Assembly: GCA_002269645.1 (NCBI GenBank)
Contig: NIVC01005129.1
Coordinates: 1 to 25,281 of the forward strand
Source of the DNA: Macrostomum lignano
Lineage: Eukaryota
Direction of reading: 5' to 3'
DNA: 25,281 nt
Shown: piece by piece, positions 1 to 10,093 of the stretch
Numbering within the stretch: position 1 is the first letter of the stretch
Layout: the number at the start of each line of letters is the position of its first letter
Notes under the pieces: generated by a model
What the model saw: only the letters and a program-made list of their open reading frames with translations
Database searches by the model: none
Told to the model about the DNA's origin: nothing
Translations under genes and position numbers: made by a program

Positions 1-660
1 TCTTTTGACAACGACGGTGATTACAAAAAATGCTACCTGCCATTGGCGAAACTGTAGCGCGACTAAACTTCAGGTGGGACGCCAGAGACAGAGAGACCGA
101 AATCCACAGGTGATGTGTGACCATTGACTATTCAGCCAAGATCAAAACGACTTTGAGAAGCAACGACAAAAGAATATTGATTGCAACATTTTGCACATAG
201 TAAATTTAATTGCACAGATTAACTGGTCTCTCACTGGTTGGCGCCAGGCAATTTGGAAACTGGGAAATTTGTACACGTCAAAGAGATGCAGAGAGAGTCG
301 ATAAATGAAAACAAATGCCTAGCAGACGGTCGGATCGGTTGGGTGAAGGAATGCGACTGGTTGATACCAATTATTACTCGAACAGTATGTACACCTGCTG
401 GGAAGGAGTGTATTGAATACTAGATGCGCGTATTGAGGTGCTGAGTTAGGGTCATTGGAGAGCTCATTACAAACTAGCGAATGTTGATACCAGCGTATCT
501 ATATATCTGTAACTAAAATTTAAATTTTAGTCCAGCCCAAACGGCTGGACTAAAGCTAAATGGGCGTTACAAGCTATAAAAATGAATAAATATAAAGACA
601 AGACGAACAATAACTAAACATTTTATCACCTAAACTAAACACAGCAAAAGTGAGGGAGTC

Positions 661-856
661 TCAGTCGTACTTGGGCCGTGCTGCGATTCGTCTGACTTTA
701 ATTTCACCGGTGAGAACGCCGTCAAAGTAGGCGCTCTTGGTCTCCTTGTACTCGGCCAGGTAGGAGGACATCGACTTTGCCGAGATGGCGTTGCTGCGGG
801 TGCGCACCTGCTGAGACTGGCGCGGTCTCATCCCGCCGCGGCCAAGCGCTGGAATA

Positions 857-909
<53 letters not shown>

Positions 910-1312
910 GGCTGCTGCTGCTGCTTTGGTTTTGCTGCTGCTGTTTCTGTTGCTGCTGCACCAGCTGCTGTTGGTGCTGCAGACTGAGACTGAGTGAACT
1001 GCAGGCTCTGTCTCGGCTGCACGCCGGGCCCATGAGTACAGCCTGACCGGAGTCGAAAGCTAGCGACAGTCGAGCGGTGGCCATCACCGGCGACTCCTCG
1101 AAGCCGGCGCCTTCGCCGCCGCTGCTGCTGAAATCGGCGCAGGTGCTGGTGCTGGCGCTGGTGCTACAGCTGCAGCTGCTGCTGGCGGCCAGGGACTGGG
1201 CCGACTCAGCCTGCTGCAGGGCCGAAGCCTGGCAGTTTAGCATCAGGCTGGCGCTGTCGTCTGGCGCGGCGGCCAGCGCCAGCTGGGCCTCCTCGCAGCT
1301 GGTGAATTCCAT
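661..1312 (-). CDS. Low-complexity (Ser/Ala/Gln-rich) protein, terminal coding exon, with an apparent single-base frameshift near the CAG tract
   Basis: Frame from ATG 1312 (MEFTSCEEAQLALAAAPDD...) has strongly GC3-biased codons down to about 1000. A different frame, open 1059 to 661 and absent from the ORF track, gives an equally GC3-biased tail (...AIPALGRGGMRPRQSQQVRTRSNAISAKSMSSYLAEYKETKSAYFDGVLTGEIKVRRIAARPKYD*, TGA at 663-661). No domain recognised. Confidence 0.5.
857..924. repeat. (CTG/CAG)n microsatellite inside the coding exon
   Basis: About 17-18 pure GCT units at 857-909, one interruption, then further units to 924; degenerate CAG-rich sequence continues to about 980. Confidence 0.95.
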
Positions 1313-1433
1313 CTCGTCCGGCTGCTTTCACTGCGCGTCGGATCTTGCTAGATGACCGCTTAACTAAAGCTTAGTGGGAGTGGCCTGGGGGCAGGCAAGG
1401 CGGCTGGGACTGTCTGGACGTGACGGTCTGAAC

Positions 1434-1701
1434 TCACTCACTCTTTCTTTCTTTCTTTCTCTGGCTCTTTCTTCTTCTTGTCTTTCCCTTATTCTTGCGA
1501 TTGCGCCGGCTTGGGGTCTTTTTGTACTTCAACGAGGTGGAGTCCGGGCGGCTGAGGTGCGGGTGTTGTGGAGGGGGAAACGACAGGTGAGGAGGGGTCC
1601 GCGGGACTCTCTGTCCGTCCAGCCAACCCCACATAGTCTCTCTTTCTGTCCCTCCCCCTCTGCCCCCTGATTGCACAGTTCCCGCGTCAACTGCGCAGGG
1701 G
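1434..1701 (-). other. Possible upstream exon encoding a basic (Lys/Arg-rich) stretch
   Basis: On the minus strand a long pyrimidine tract ends in CTGCAG (AG at 1703-1702); the open frame reads ...RPDSTSLKYKKTPSRRNRKNKGK... and ends at GTGAGT donor-like motifs near 1435-1445. I could not build a clean in-frame join to the 1312 exon. Confidence 0.25.
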
Positions 1702-2305
1702 CTGCAGACAGAGAAAGAGAGGAATGGCAAATGGCAAAGAGGCAGCGATAAGCAAAGCGGGGGGGGGGGGTTGTGGGTAAGAAAAAATTGAAAGGTGGAC
1801 CAGTTTAGTAAGAGTGCTGAATTTTCTGTACGCCTGCCTATTATGAAAGTCATGGGCTTTGGGGCTGGCGGGCAAAGATATAGAGATGCGATATTATCCA
1901 TTAAGCTTCTGAGTGCGCGTACTTCGGACGTACGTGAACTTAGTAGCAGCACTTTTTCTCAATTGCATTGGCTCCGCTCTATTCTTTTAAATAAAATGCA
2001 ACAATTTTAGAAAAAAAGCAGATGGAATGCTTCATTTCCAACCGCATTCATCCGGATGAAATGAGATGAATTGCTGAGTCTATTGTTGGAATTTTTTTAA
2101 ATTGAATGCACGCAAAGCTACGCTCATATAATATAAAGGTGCTTGGAATTCTGGCTGGAGTGGCAATTTGGAGGGGTGCAGGAAAAGAAGCAGTTCAACT
2201 GGGATTGCGGCGGTAAGGATCCCCTTGTCTTGAAAGCAATCCAACACCAAGGACTACTTTTATCAGCAATAGCGCCTGTTGAATTAAAGTGAATTGAAGT
2301 GCGAC

Positions 2306-2903
2306 ACAGTGAGTGACTGAGGAGAGTGAGTCGCAGAGAGTGACAGTGTGACTGAGGGACAGTGTGACTGAGGACAGTGAGTCACAGAGAGTGACAGTGT
2401 AAATGAGGAGAGTGAGTCACAGCGAGTGACAGTGTGACTGAGGGACAGTGTGACTGAGGGACAGTGTGACTGAGGGACAGTGTGACTGAGGGACAGTGTG
2501 ACTGAGGGACAGTGTGACTGAAAAAAATGAGTCACAGAGAGTGACAGTGTGAATGAGGAGAGTGAGTCATAGAGAGTGACAGTGTGACTGAGAAGAGTGA
2601 GTCACAGAGAGTGACAGTTTGACTGAGGAGAGTGAGTCACAGAGAGTAACTGAGGACAGTGAGTCACAGAGAGTAACTGAGGACAGTGAGTCACAGAGAG
2701 TAACTGAGGACAGTGAGTCACAGAGAGTAACTGAGGACAGTGAGTCACAGAGAGTAACTGAGGAGTAACTGAGGACAGTGAGTCACAGAGAGTGACTGAG
2801 GAGAGTAAGTCACAGAGAGTGACAGTATGACTAAGGAGAGTGAGTCACAAAGAGTGACTGAGGATAGTGAGTCACAGAGTGACTGAGAGTGATGCAGAGT
2901 GAC
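2306..2903. repeat. Compound minisatellite (17-bp GTGACTGAGGGACAGT-type and 28-bp GAGTCACAGAGAGTAACTGAGGACAGT-type units)
   Basis: Tandem units read directly; built from alternating GTGACT and AGTCAC hexamers. Confidence 0.95.
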
Positions 2904-3261
2904 AGGACAGGTAGTGGTGGCAGAAGACTAGTTAATTCAGAAGCTGTAGCAAAGCAGCAGTAACGCAGGAAAGAAACTAAAAGGTTTCATAGGCCCGTAA
3001 AAACGCGCGCAGCGATCGCCCCCGCGCTTGCATTTGTTATGCACGCTTTCTGCAAGATTCTGCAGTATCTGAGTTTGCCAGTGCAACGGTTTTTTATCAG
3101 ATCCCAGGTGCAGCTCGTTTCCGCTCCTGAATGAAGGCTGCATTCCGAACTGGAATACATTTAGCTACTCTGGTGCTGATGCCTTGCCTAAACTTGATAA
3201 CCTTGTGGCGTAACAGGATGGGTATTTACCTAGCAACAGACTTCACCTTTGAATTAAATAA

Positions 3262-3835
3262 CCTATAACCATAAACCCCCACCAACCATAAACCCCTAAC
3301 AACCATAAACCCCTACCAACCATAAACCCCCACCAACGCTAAACTCCCAGCAACCATAAACCTTAACAACCATTAACCCCCAACAACCATAAACTCCCAC
3401 CAACCATAAACCCCTAACAACCATAAACCCCTACCAACCATAAACCCCCACCAACGCTAAACTCCCAGCAACCATAAACCTTAACAACCATTAACCCCCA
3501 ACAACCATAAACCCCAACCAACCATAAACCCCCACCAACCATAAACCCCCACCAACCATAAACCCCCACCAACCATAAACCCCTAACAACCATAAACCCC
3601 CACCAATCATAAACCCCCACCAACCATAAACTCCCACCAACCATAAACCCCCACCAACCATAAACCCCCACCAACAATAAACCCCCACCAACGCTAAACT
3701 CCCACCAACCATAAACCCCCAACAACCATAAACCCCCACCAACCATAAACCCCTAACAACCATAAACCCCACCAACCATAAGCCTTAACAACCATAAACT
3801 CCAGAAACCATAAACTTCACGAGTCACAAACCCCA
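3262..3835. repeat. C/A-rich minisatellite, about 17-bp unit AACCATAAACCCCCACC
   Basis: Over 30 variable units; includes a 118-bp higher-order duplication (marker ACGCTAAACTCCCAGC at 3336 and 3454). Confidence 0.95.
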
Positions 3836-4189
3836 ACTCCAATAACAATAAGCAAACCTTCTCTGGGGCACAGGTGTCGAGGCTTTTTATTTAAATTACC
3901 AAGGCATCTTCAGTCGCCAGATACACAGGTATGCAACACCCAGTAAGTTGCACTAAATAGTTTATATGCATGAAAGCGCCACGAAAGTCCGTTTCATTTT
4001 TGAACCGATTGATCTGCGCAGCGGCTACACTCTGCATTTTTACTTTCTGTCAACGCGGGTTTTCATTTGTTTAACTGCGAAAAACTGTATGCCATAAATT
4101 GAGCAGAAACATCTCTTGGATGGCAACAGGCTGTGGGATCAAGTTTAAGTACAGTTCAACCTCAACTACAGTGCAACTTCAAGGTTCGG

Positions 4190-4715
4190 GCGCTAGAGAG
4201 GGGGTTAGACTGGGCGTCAGAGAGGGGGTTAGACTGGGCGTCAGAGAGGGGGCTAGACTGGGCGTCAGAGAAGGAGTTAGACTGGGCGTCAGAGAGGGAG
4301 CTGGAATGGGTGTAAGGGAGGGGCTAGAATGGGTGTAAGGGAGGGGCTAGAATGGGTGTAAGGGAGGGGCTAGAATGGGTGTAAGGGAGGGGCTAGAATG
4401 GGTGTAAGGGAGGGGCTAGAATGGGTGTAAGGGAGGGGCCTAGGATGGGTGTCAGAGAGGAGGCTAGGAGGGGCGTCAGAGAGGGGGCTAGAATGGGTGT
4501 CAGGTAGGGGGCTAGGATGGGTGTCAGGGAGGGACCTAGGATGGGTGTCGGAGAGGGGGCTAGGAGGGGCGTCAGAGAGGGGCTAGGAGGGGCGTCAGAG
4601 AGGGGGCTAGGAGGGGCGTCAGAGAGGGGGCTAGGAGGGGCGTCAGAGAGGGGCTAGGAGGGGCGTCAGAGAGGGGCTAGGAGGGGCGTCAGAGAGGGGC
4701 TAGGAGGGGCGTCAG
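4190..4715. repeat. G-rich minisatellite, 23-24-bp unit (GCTAGACTGGGCGTCAGAGAGGGG family)
   Basis: About 22 tandem units in three sequence-variant blocks. Confidence 0.95.
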
Positions 4716-4985
4716 CAAGTACGCCAACTATAATGAGGCCGCGCTATCAAATGCCCGATAGTCATGTCAACCCAGCCAGTTTCCGTTCGCGGAAGCACCC
4801 TATTGATGATGGGTGTGATGTTATTTTTCTGGTTTCTAGGGAAAATAGAGGTCAGGCAATCCAGCTCCATAGTCAGAGCTTGTCACACATGTTGCCGGAA
4901 TCGATCAGTCTATCGCTACTCCTGATCCGAAATATGGACATAAATCTAAAACCGGATTAATAAAGCTGAATGGGGTTGACCCTTA

Positions 4986-5091
4986 GGGCCGTATGCAGAA
5001 AGCTCTGTCTAGGGTAGTCCGGTCTTGAAAAGCTAGTCTGGACTTGGATTTGGTATGCAGAAACACAAAGTTAGACCAGTCTACTATAGAC
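4986..5091 (+). mobile_element. Possible left part of a PIF/Harbinger-like non-autonomous element
   Basis: TTA (4983-85) followed by GGGCCGTATGCAGAAAG resembles Harbinger termini with a TWA target. 11-bp direct repeat GTATGCAGAAA (4991, 5053); 15/19 inverted repeat (5007-5025 vs 5073-5091). No right TIR seen in the window. Confidence 0.3.
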
Positions 5092-6439
5092 CACAGATTG
5101 TATAAACACTAGATGGCTCACTCTCGATTCCTTCAGTGGAGGCCAAATTCTCACTGTCTATGGTTGGAATCCCTCGCTCGCGAGACTTCGCCCCCCCCCG
5201 CGCCAGCAGCTTATAACTAGCGTAGAGCCAGCAAAAAACTTTTCTCTCACTGATTCTAGCACACCCAGTTCTTTCTCCTGCAACAACTAGATAGAATTAT
5301 ATATTTGACACTGAACACCGAAGGCGAAGACCAACAAGCTTCTGGTAATGAACTCAAAAATCTGCTGTGCTGCAGGCTGCAAAAATAAGGCAGTTACCTC
5401 TCCGCCTCAAAACACCCCTATCAAGCTGCACCAATTTCCTCAAGATATGGCAACCGCTACGCGATGGATGCAGATTCTGGAGCTGCCGTTCCCGCTCGAG
5501 GAAGTTCGATGCAGACTTAAAAGTGTGCAGCGATCATTTTGTGGAAGAGGCGTACTCTTGCCCAGCTGCCATGCGACATGAACCAGGCTCTCGGCTGAAG
5601 TGGAACGCTCTTCCCGATCTGCAGCTAGTGATGCCTCGATTGCTGCCAGAGAATCTGGAGTCTGTCATCTTGCGGAGTGATGAGGAGGCGGACAACATGT
5701 ACCCGCCACAGCTAACCAGGGAGACACAGCTAGTCACATCCGAGCAGGACGCAGCAGAACTGCAGCTTCAACAGCCTGCCGGCGCGTCCAAGATTGCGGC
5801 AGCGGTTCCCTCGCCCTTGTTGAGCAACGAAAAGACTCGACAGAAGAAAAAGCTAGATCAGAAACGGCGACAGAAAGCAAAGCAGAAGCAGCTGAGGCGT
5901 CAGAAGTCAATAGTGAAGAAGCTACGGCGTCAAGCCCTAAAGCTAAAGGCCCAAGCTGCTCTCAAGAACAACCTGGTCGGTCGGCTGCTGACCAAAGAGT
6001 ATCGTCAGCGAAGACTCAAGCCTCTTCGGATGTGCTGGTCAGCAGAGGACATGGCCGCTGCTATTCAACTGCATCACAAGAGCCCTGCTGCGTATCGAAT
6101 GCTGCGAGAAGATTGGGAGCTACCGCTACCATCGCACTCTTCATTGAAGCGACGGATCAAAACGTACTTTGCGTCAACCGGGCTCTGCCCTGTAACTCTC
6201 AGTGGGCTATCCAAACACATGCAAAGTGGCGACAGTCGTGACCGAGTCTACCTTGTGCTACCTTGCGCTTTGATGGTATGAGCATTTCCCGCTCGGTTCG
6301 TTACTATCAATACCAGGACGTGATCACTGGGCTTGCCACAATACCAGGAGTGCCAGGCGCAGCCAACCCTGTAGATGAGGTTGTTGTGGCTGTACTGCGC
6401 GGTGTTGGATCAAACTGGAAGCAGCCGATTGCGTACTAC
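5092..6439 (+). mobile_element. 5' portion of a P-superfamily DNA transposon (3'-truncated)
   Basis: Contains the THAP/P transposase pseudogene. The left boundary at CACAGATTGTATAAA (5092) is tentative, based on a CA-starting terminus-like sequence and the abrupt end of the preceding inverted repeat. No matching right TIR found. Confidence 0.55.
5348..6439 (+). pseudogene. THAP-domain P-element (THAP9-like) transposase, two frameshifts, truncated after WKQPIAYY
   Basis: THAP C2CH signature CCAAGC...FP...W...CSDHF...LKWNALP is restored by removing one A at 5519-5522. Then a basic coiled coil (KTRQKKKLDQKRRQKAKQKQLRR), HTH motif SPAAYRMLREDWELPLPSHSSLKRRI, and after a second shift near 6250-6268 FDGM...VLRGVGSNWKQPIAYY, matching P transposase motifs GPRAY...PLPS, FDEM and RGLKKSWKQP. 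The second and third catalytic residues are absent. Confidence 0.92.
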
Positions 6440-6960
6440 CCGGTGTTCAGATCCCTCGGACAAATTATAAACTTTATCGCCCAAACAATTTGGTTTCTGC
6501 TTAAATATTTTTGCAACCCATATAAAATATATATCTTAAATATACTGTATACAACAAAGTGCCTTTATATCTCCTATTTGTTCAATGCTTAATGTTTTCG
6601 CCTCGAAAGTGCCGAAATTTCGCTATAAATTTTGATTCAACAAATTCGGAGGCTTCCAGTTTTACCCAGCCACCTCCACAAATGATGGCACCAGGTTGTG
6701 AAAATCTGAAGGCAGTAGGATTTTCCAATCAGAATTTATGCGACAATTATCGGCACTTTGAGAGACTTCTTTACGATATGCCTTTGTTTTAAAGTGCCGA
6801 TAATTGTGGTATAACGTGTGACAAGCAGGTCCTATTGACGTCAGCTTTTCACAGTATGCTGCTTTTATCTAAACGAAGGACAGTGTGAAATTTGAGACAT
6901 CTTCGATTTTTCTATCAAACGTTATGGCAAAAAGTTCGGCAATTTTGATCTCGAGCCCTG
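6440..6960. mobile_element. Putative non-autonomous (hAT-like?) insertion truncating the P transposase
   Basis: Transposase similarity stops exactly at 6439. Right end reads CAGGGCTCGAGATC on the minus strand (hAT-like CAGGG start) and matches 6440-6453 at 9/14. Four TGCCGA motifs in both orientations and a perfect 17-bp inverted repeat inside. No TSD found. Confidence 0.35.
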
Positions 6961-8165
6961 GATCTCGATCAGCAACTTGTTTTCATTATGCAGCACAAGA
7001 ATTGTACTTTTGTACTTTTGCTCCACACTAATCTGGCATGAGCTGCGGGGGCTTACCAAACTCTAGTCTGTAATGAAGAAGCAGTCACGTTTGAGGTAAT
7101 TCTCAATTCGAATAGCAAGAAATTGCAGCGATGTGCATCGGCATTGAGTCTCTAATACGCTCTTGATAAGCTCGCCTTCATCATTAAGCCGGCGCGCCTG
7201 AAGCTAGTCGAGAGGGATCAGAGACAGCACTGGGCGACACTCAACGCTTATTTTTGCGCCTAAGAATCATCAAACAGGTGGCTACAGTTGCAGATGCTAC
7301 TGCGCTAAACAACAACTGAAATTTTAATACATTGTCTAAACGATGCTCAGTAGAAAGTACTCAACATTTGAGTCGGATGTTTTGTCGCAAAGACAGATAC
7401 AGTACTAGTACAAACAGCTTTAGTGTTGTGTTTTTACTTTGATCGGCTTTGTGTAGAAAGCATGTTTCTCCTTCCTTAAAGAACTCTTTTAGGGTGAATG
7501 AGTTTCCAAATCTGACAGCAGACCATAGCATTGATTTGTGTCCCGAATTTGGCATTTGCGTCACTTATTTGTAATATTACCTCCAATTGGGGGCGATAAG
7601 CAGCATCGCATGACAACCAGAGTCAGACGAACCTGCAGTCAGAACTGACAGATAACCAATGTCTACAGAGTATCCATCAGCCAGTCCAGCATCAAATGCA
7701 TCAACTGACAAGGTTAAGTACTTTCTGGATTATTTTAAATGCAAAACTTCGCAGGAAAATGGGAAAACTTCAGAGATAAGAAAACTGCCGACGCGAAGAC
7801 GCCCTCTCTTGGCGTCATAGCTCATAGCTCGTTATTTTCTGTCACTAATTAAAGCTTTGCGTAGCCTTGAGAGTGAGTTTCTGGCCAGCCGCCGCCTTTT
7901 CGCTTCCTTGGATTTGCACTTTTCTCTCTGGCACGCTCCTGCCGGCTCACGTGACTGCACGCGACGGGCGGAGTAATTATGCTTATTAAAGCAACTGCAG
8001 CTGACGACTTAGAAATCTAATAGTTGAGCATTAATAGAATTAGAAATATAAGACGCATCTTCGTCCACATACTAAAAATGGTTCATATGCGTGCTGGTGA
8101 GGCTGCGCGAGTTCACTCTGACGTGCTTTCAAAGCTTCTCCATCCGCATGGCACAATGCGAATGG

Positions 8166-8545
8166 GCGGTGGTCGAAACCGTCCTGCTCTACAACGCCGA
8201 GACTTGGACGCTGACGGCTACGCTGGAGCGGCAGCTGGACTCAGCGCACTCAGGGCTGCTCCGTGCGGCCTTTCGAGCTGACGAGAGTGTCGGGACCGAG
8301 GCCCTGTACGATCGGGCCAAGCTGCAGCGCCCGTCCATCATCCTGCGCCGGCGGCGACTTTAACTGGCGGGCCACGTGATCCAGGCCGAAGGCTAGCCCC
8401 CAACCTGTTCAGGACGTCCTGCTGCTCACCCTGCAGGGCCCGCTCAGGCGGGGTCAAGCCCAAACCCCTAGATACGTGGACTGCCTCCTACGCGACGCCG
8501 GGGCGCCCGACACTGCCAAAGGCGCGACTTCGTTCGCTCTCAGGC
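8166..8545 (+). mobile_element. Decayed RTE-clade non-LTR retrotransposon fragment (region C-terminal to RT)
   Basis: AVVETVLLYNAETWTLT...LDSAHSGLLRAAF...ALYDRAKLQRPSIILRRRRL*LAGHVI matches RTE motifs LLYGxETWT and RRLRxAGHV. Stops at 8361 and 8394, then a frameshift into QPVQDVLLLTLQGPLRRGQAQTPRYVDCLLRD. Confidence 0.85.
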
Positions 8546-10093
8546 TCTGCGGCGCGCAATCTGACGCACCCTGCTCTGTGACTTTGCTTCCGGGGCTGCG
8601 TAATTTGTTGTTTTTGTATGGCACAAGTTAAAATATCAAGTACATGTAATATCAGCGGTGCACAGTTAGAGTACATTCTGTCTCAGCCAGTGCGCCTGGG
8701 CGAGAGTTGGAAAAACTTGCGCCATCACAGTGTAGTGAGCTGAAGTCGTGCAATCGCTCTCGCCAAGGCTGTGAGACGGCGGTTTTCAATGTTGCTGAGT
8801 GCAGATGCAGCTGGTGAAAATTAAAATGATTTATAAAAATATTTCGAAACACACTTACTGTGAGTAGTAAAATGCATCACACATAGTTTTCATACAATTA
8901 AGATGTTTATATTTGCTGGTTAATATTTCGAATTAACACCTGGAAGAAAGATGCTGGTTTATGATGTTTTTAAACAAGCTCCTCCATCAGCAACAGGCCG
9001 ACCATAAATGAAACAGATGCCCGAATGCTTTCTGTGGTGTTTTTGACGCATTTTTACCTACTATCCGAGTACGATAATTAGCCTAGACAGCCTGAGATGC
9101 CATAAAGCAGATGAGCGCACTCAATTGTATGTACAGTAGTTGATGTCACTATTAGAGTCGTATTTATCTGTCCATGACTCAGACGCGCCACTGCTTCAGC
9201 ATGAACCGCGAGCTGTCACGCATATTTACCCCTAGTCAGCTCAGTATTGCCCCAATTTGGCTAAATCTTATAATTATTTGCTCGGCTCGGACAGCAAAAA
9301 GCAAACTGGCAAACTATGAGAGCCGAATGCGAAACGGAAGCTCACAGCAGGCAGCTAAATAAATAGAATTAGAACTGGGCACTTTGCGATGGACGTCAAA
9401 ATATTTTTTCCTAGTTATATTTTCTAGCCTCACAGTAATTCAGTACACGGTATAATTTCAAACAAAATTTGTACCACCGACAGGACAGTAAGCAGCCTAC
9501 TTGACGCACTGAGTTCAGCATTCAACTTTCATTACATGGTAGTTGCGTTCAATATGAATATATAAAATCATTATAACAAAGCACGCAAATGACTTGATTT
9601 TTATTAAAAACTGCAGCAGTGTTAGATGGTGACATTGACCAGTTTAAAAAGACTGCACAGAGAGTAATGGTGCTCATTATTGAGGTGCTGTATTGTGAGC
9701 GGCTGTTACAGTATTATCATAAAGAAAAATGAATGGCGCAATTATAACTCTAATTGGATAAAAGACACCAACTGTACGACATCAAGAAACTGATAGTGAC
9801 TTATTTTCATGACTGTCTGTGCCGTTAAAGCCGCTGATAATTTGGAATCTGAGTAAAACATTTCCTTAGATAGTGAAGGAAATCCAACTGAAACAACTAT
9901 GTACTAGTTTTCCTGTGGACTGATGCAAACTCGAGACTGATCTCTCTCTCTTGATTAGCATGGCGTATATCGAATCAGAGTCTTACGTGCCCTCTCTTCT
10001 ATCCACTTCAATCTAAAAACTCTGCACAGATGAAACCAAGTAGCAGTAGCATTGAGATTGAAATGTCCTGCAATAGTTCGCAAGAATAGCGGA

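Noticed and set aside
3262-3835. Interstitial telomeric repeat
   Set aside because: C/A-rich but the unit is about 17 bp with no CCCTAA hexamer tandem.
2284-4338. ORFs at 2284, 3414, 3491, 4099 and 4133 (including Gly/Trp/Val-rich membrane-like peptides)
   Set aside because: All are readings of minisatellites.
5106-5120. CTCF-like motif ACACTAGATGGCTC
   Set aside because: Single imperfect match inside a probable transposon end; no supporting evidence.
5092-5162. 71-bp mini-element with TIRs CACAGATTGT / CATAGACAGT
   Set aside because: Only 7/10 match and the flanks show no target-site duplication.
7069-7310. Protein-looking plus-strand frame (CNEEAVTFEVILN...LQMLLR)
   Set aside because: Three stops in about 80 codons is what random sequence gives; no motif recognised and it does not resume the P transposase.
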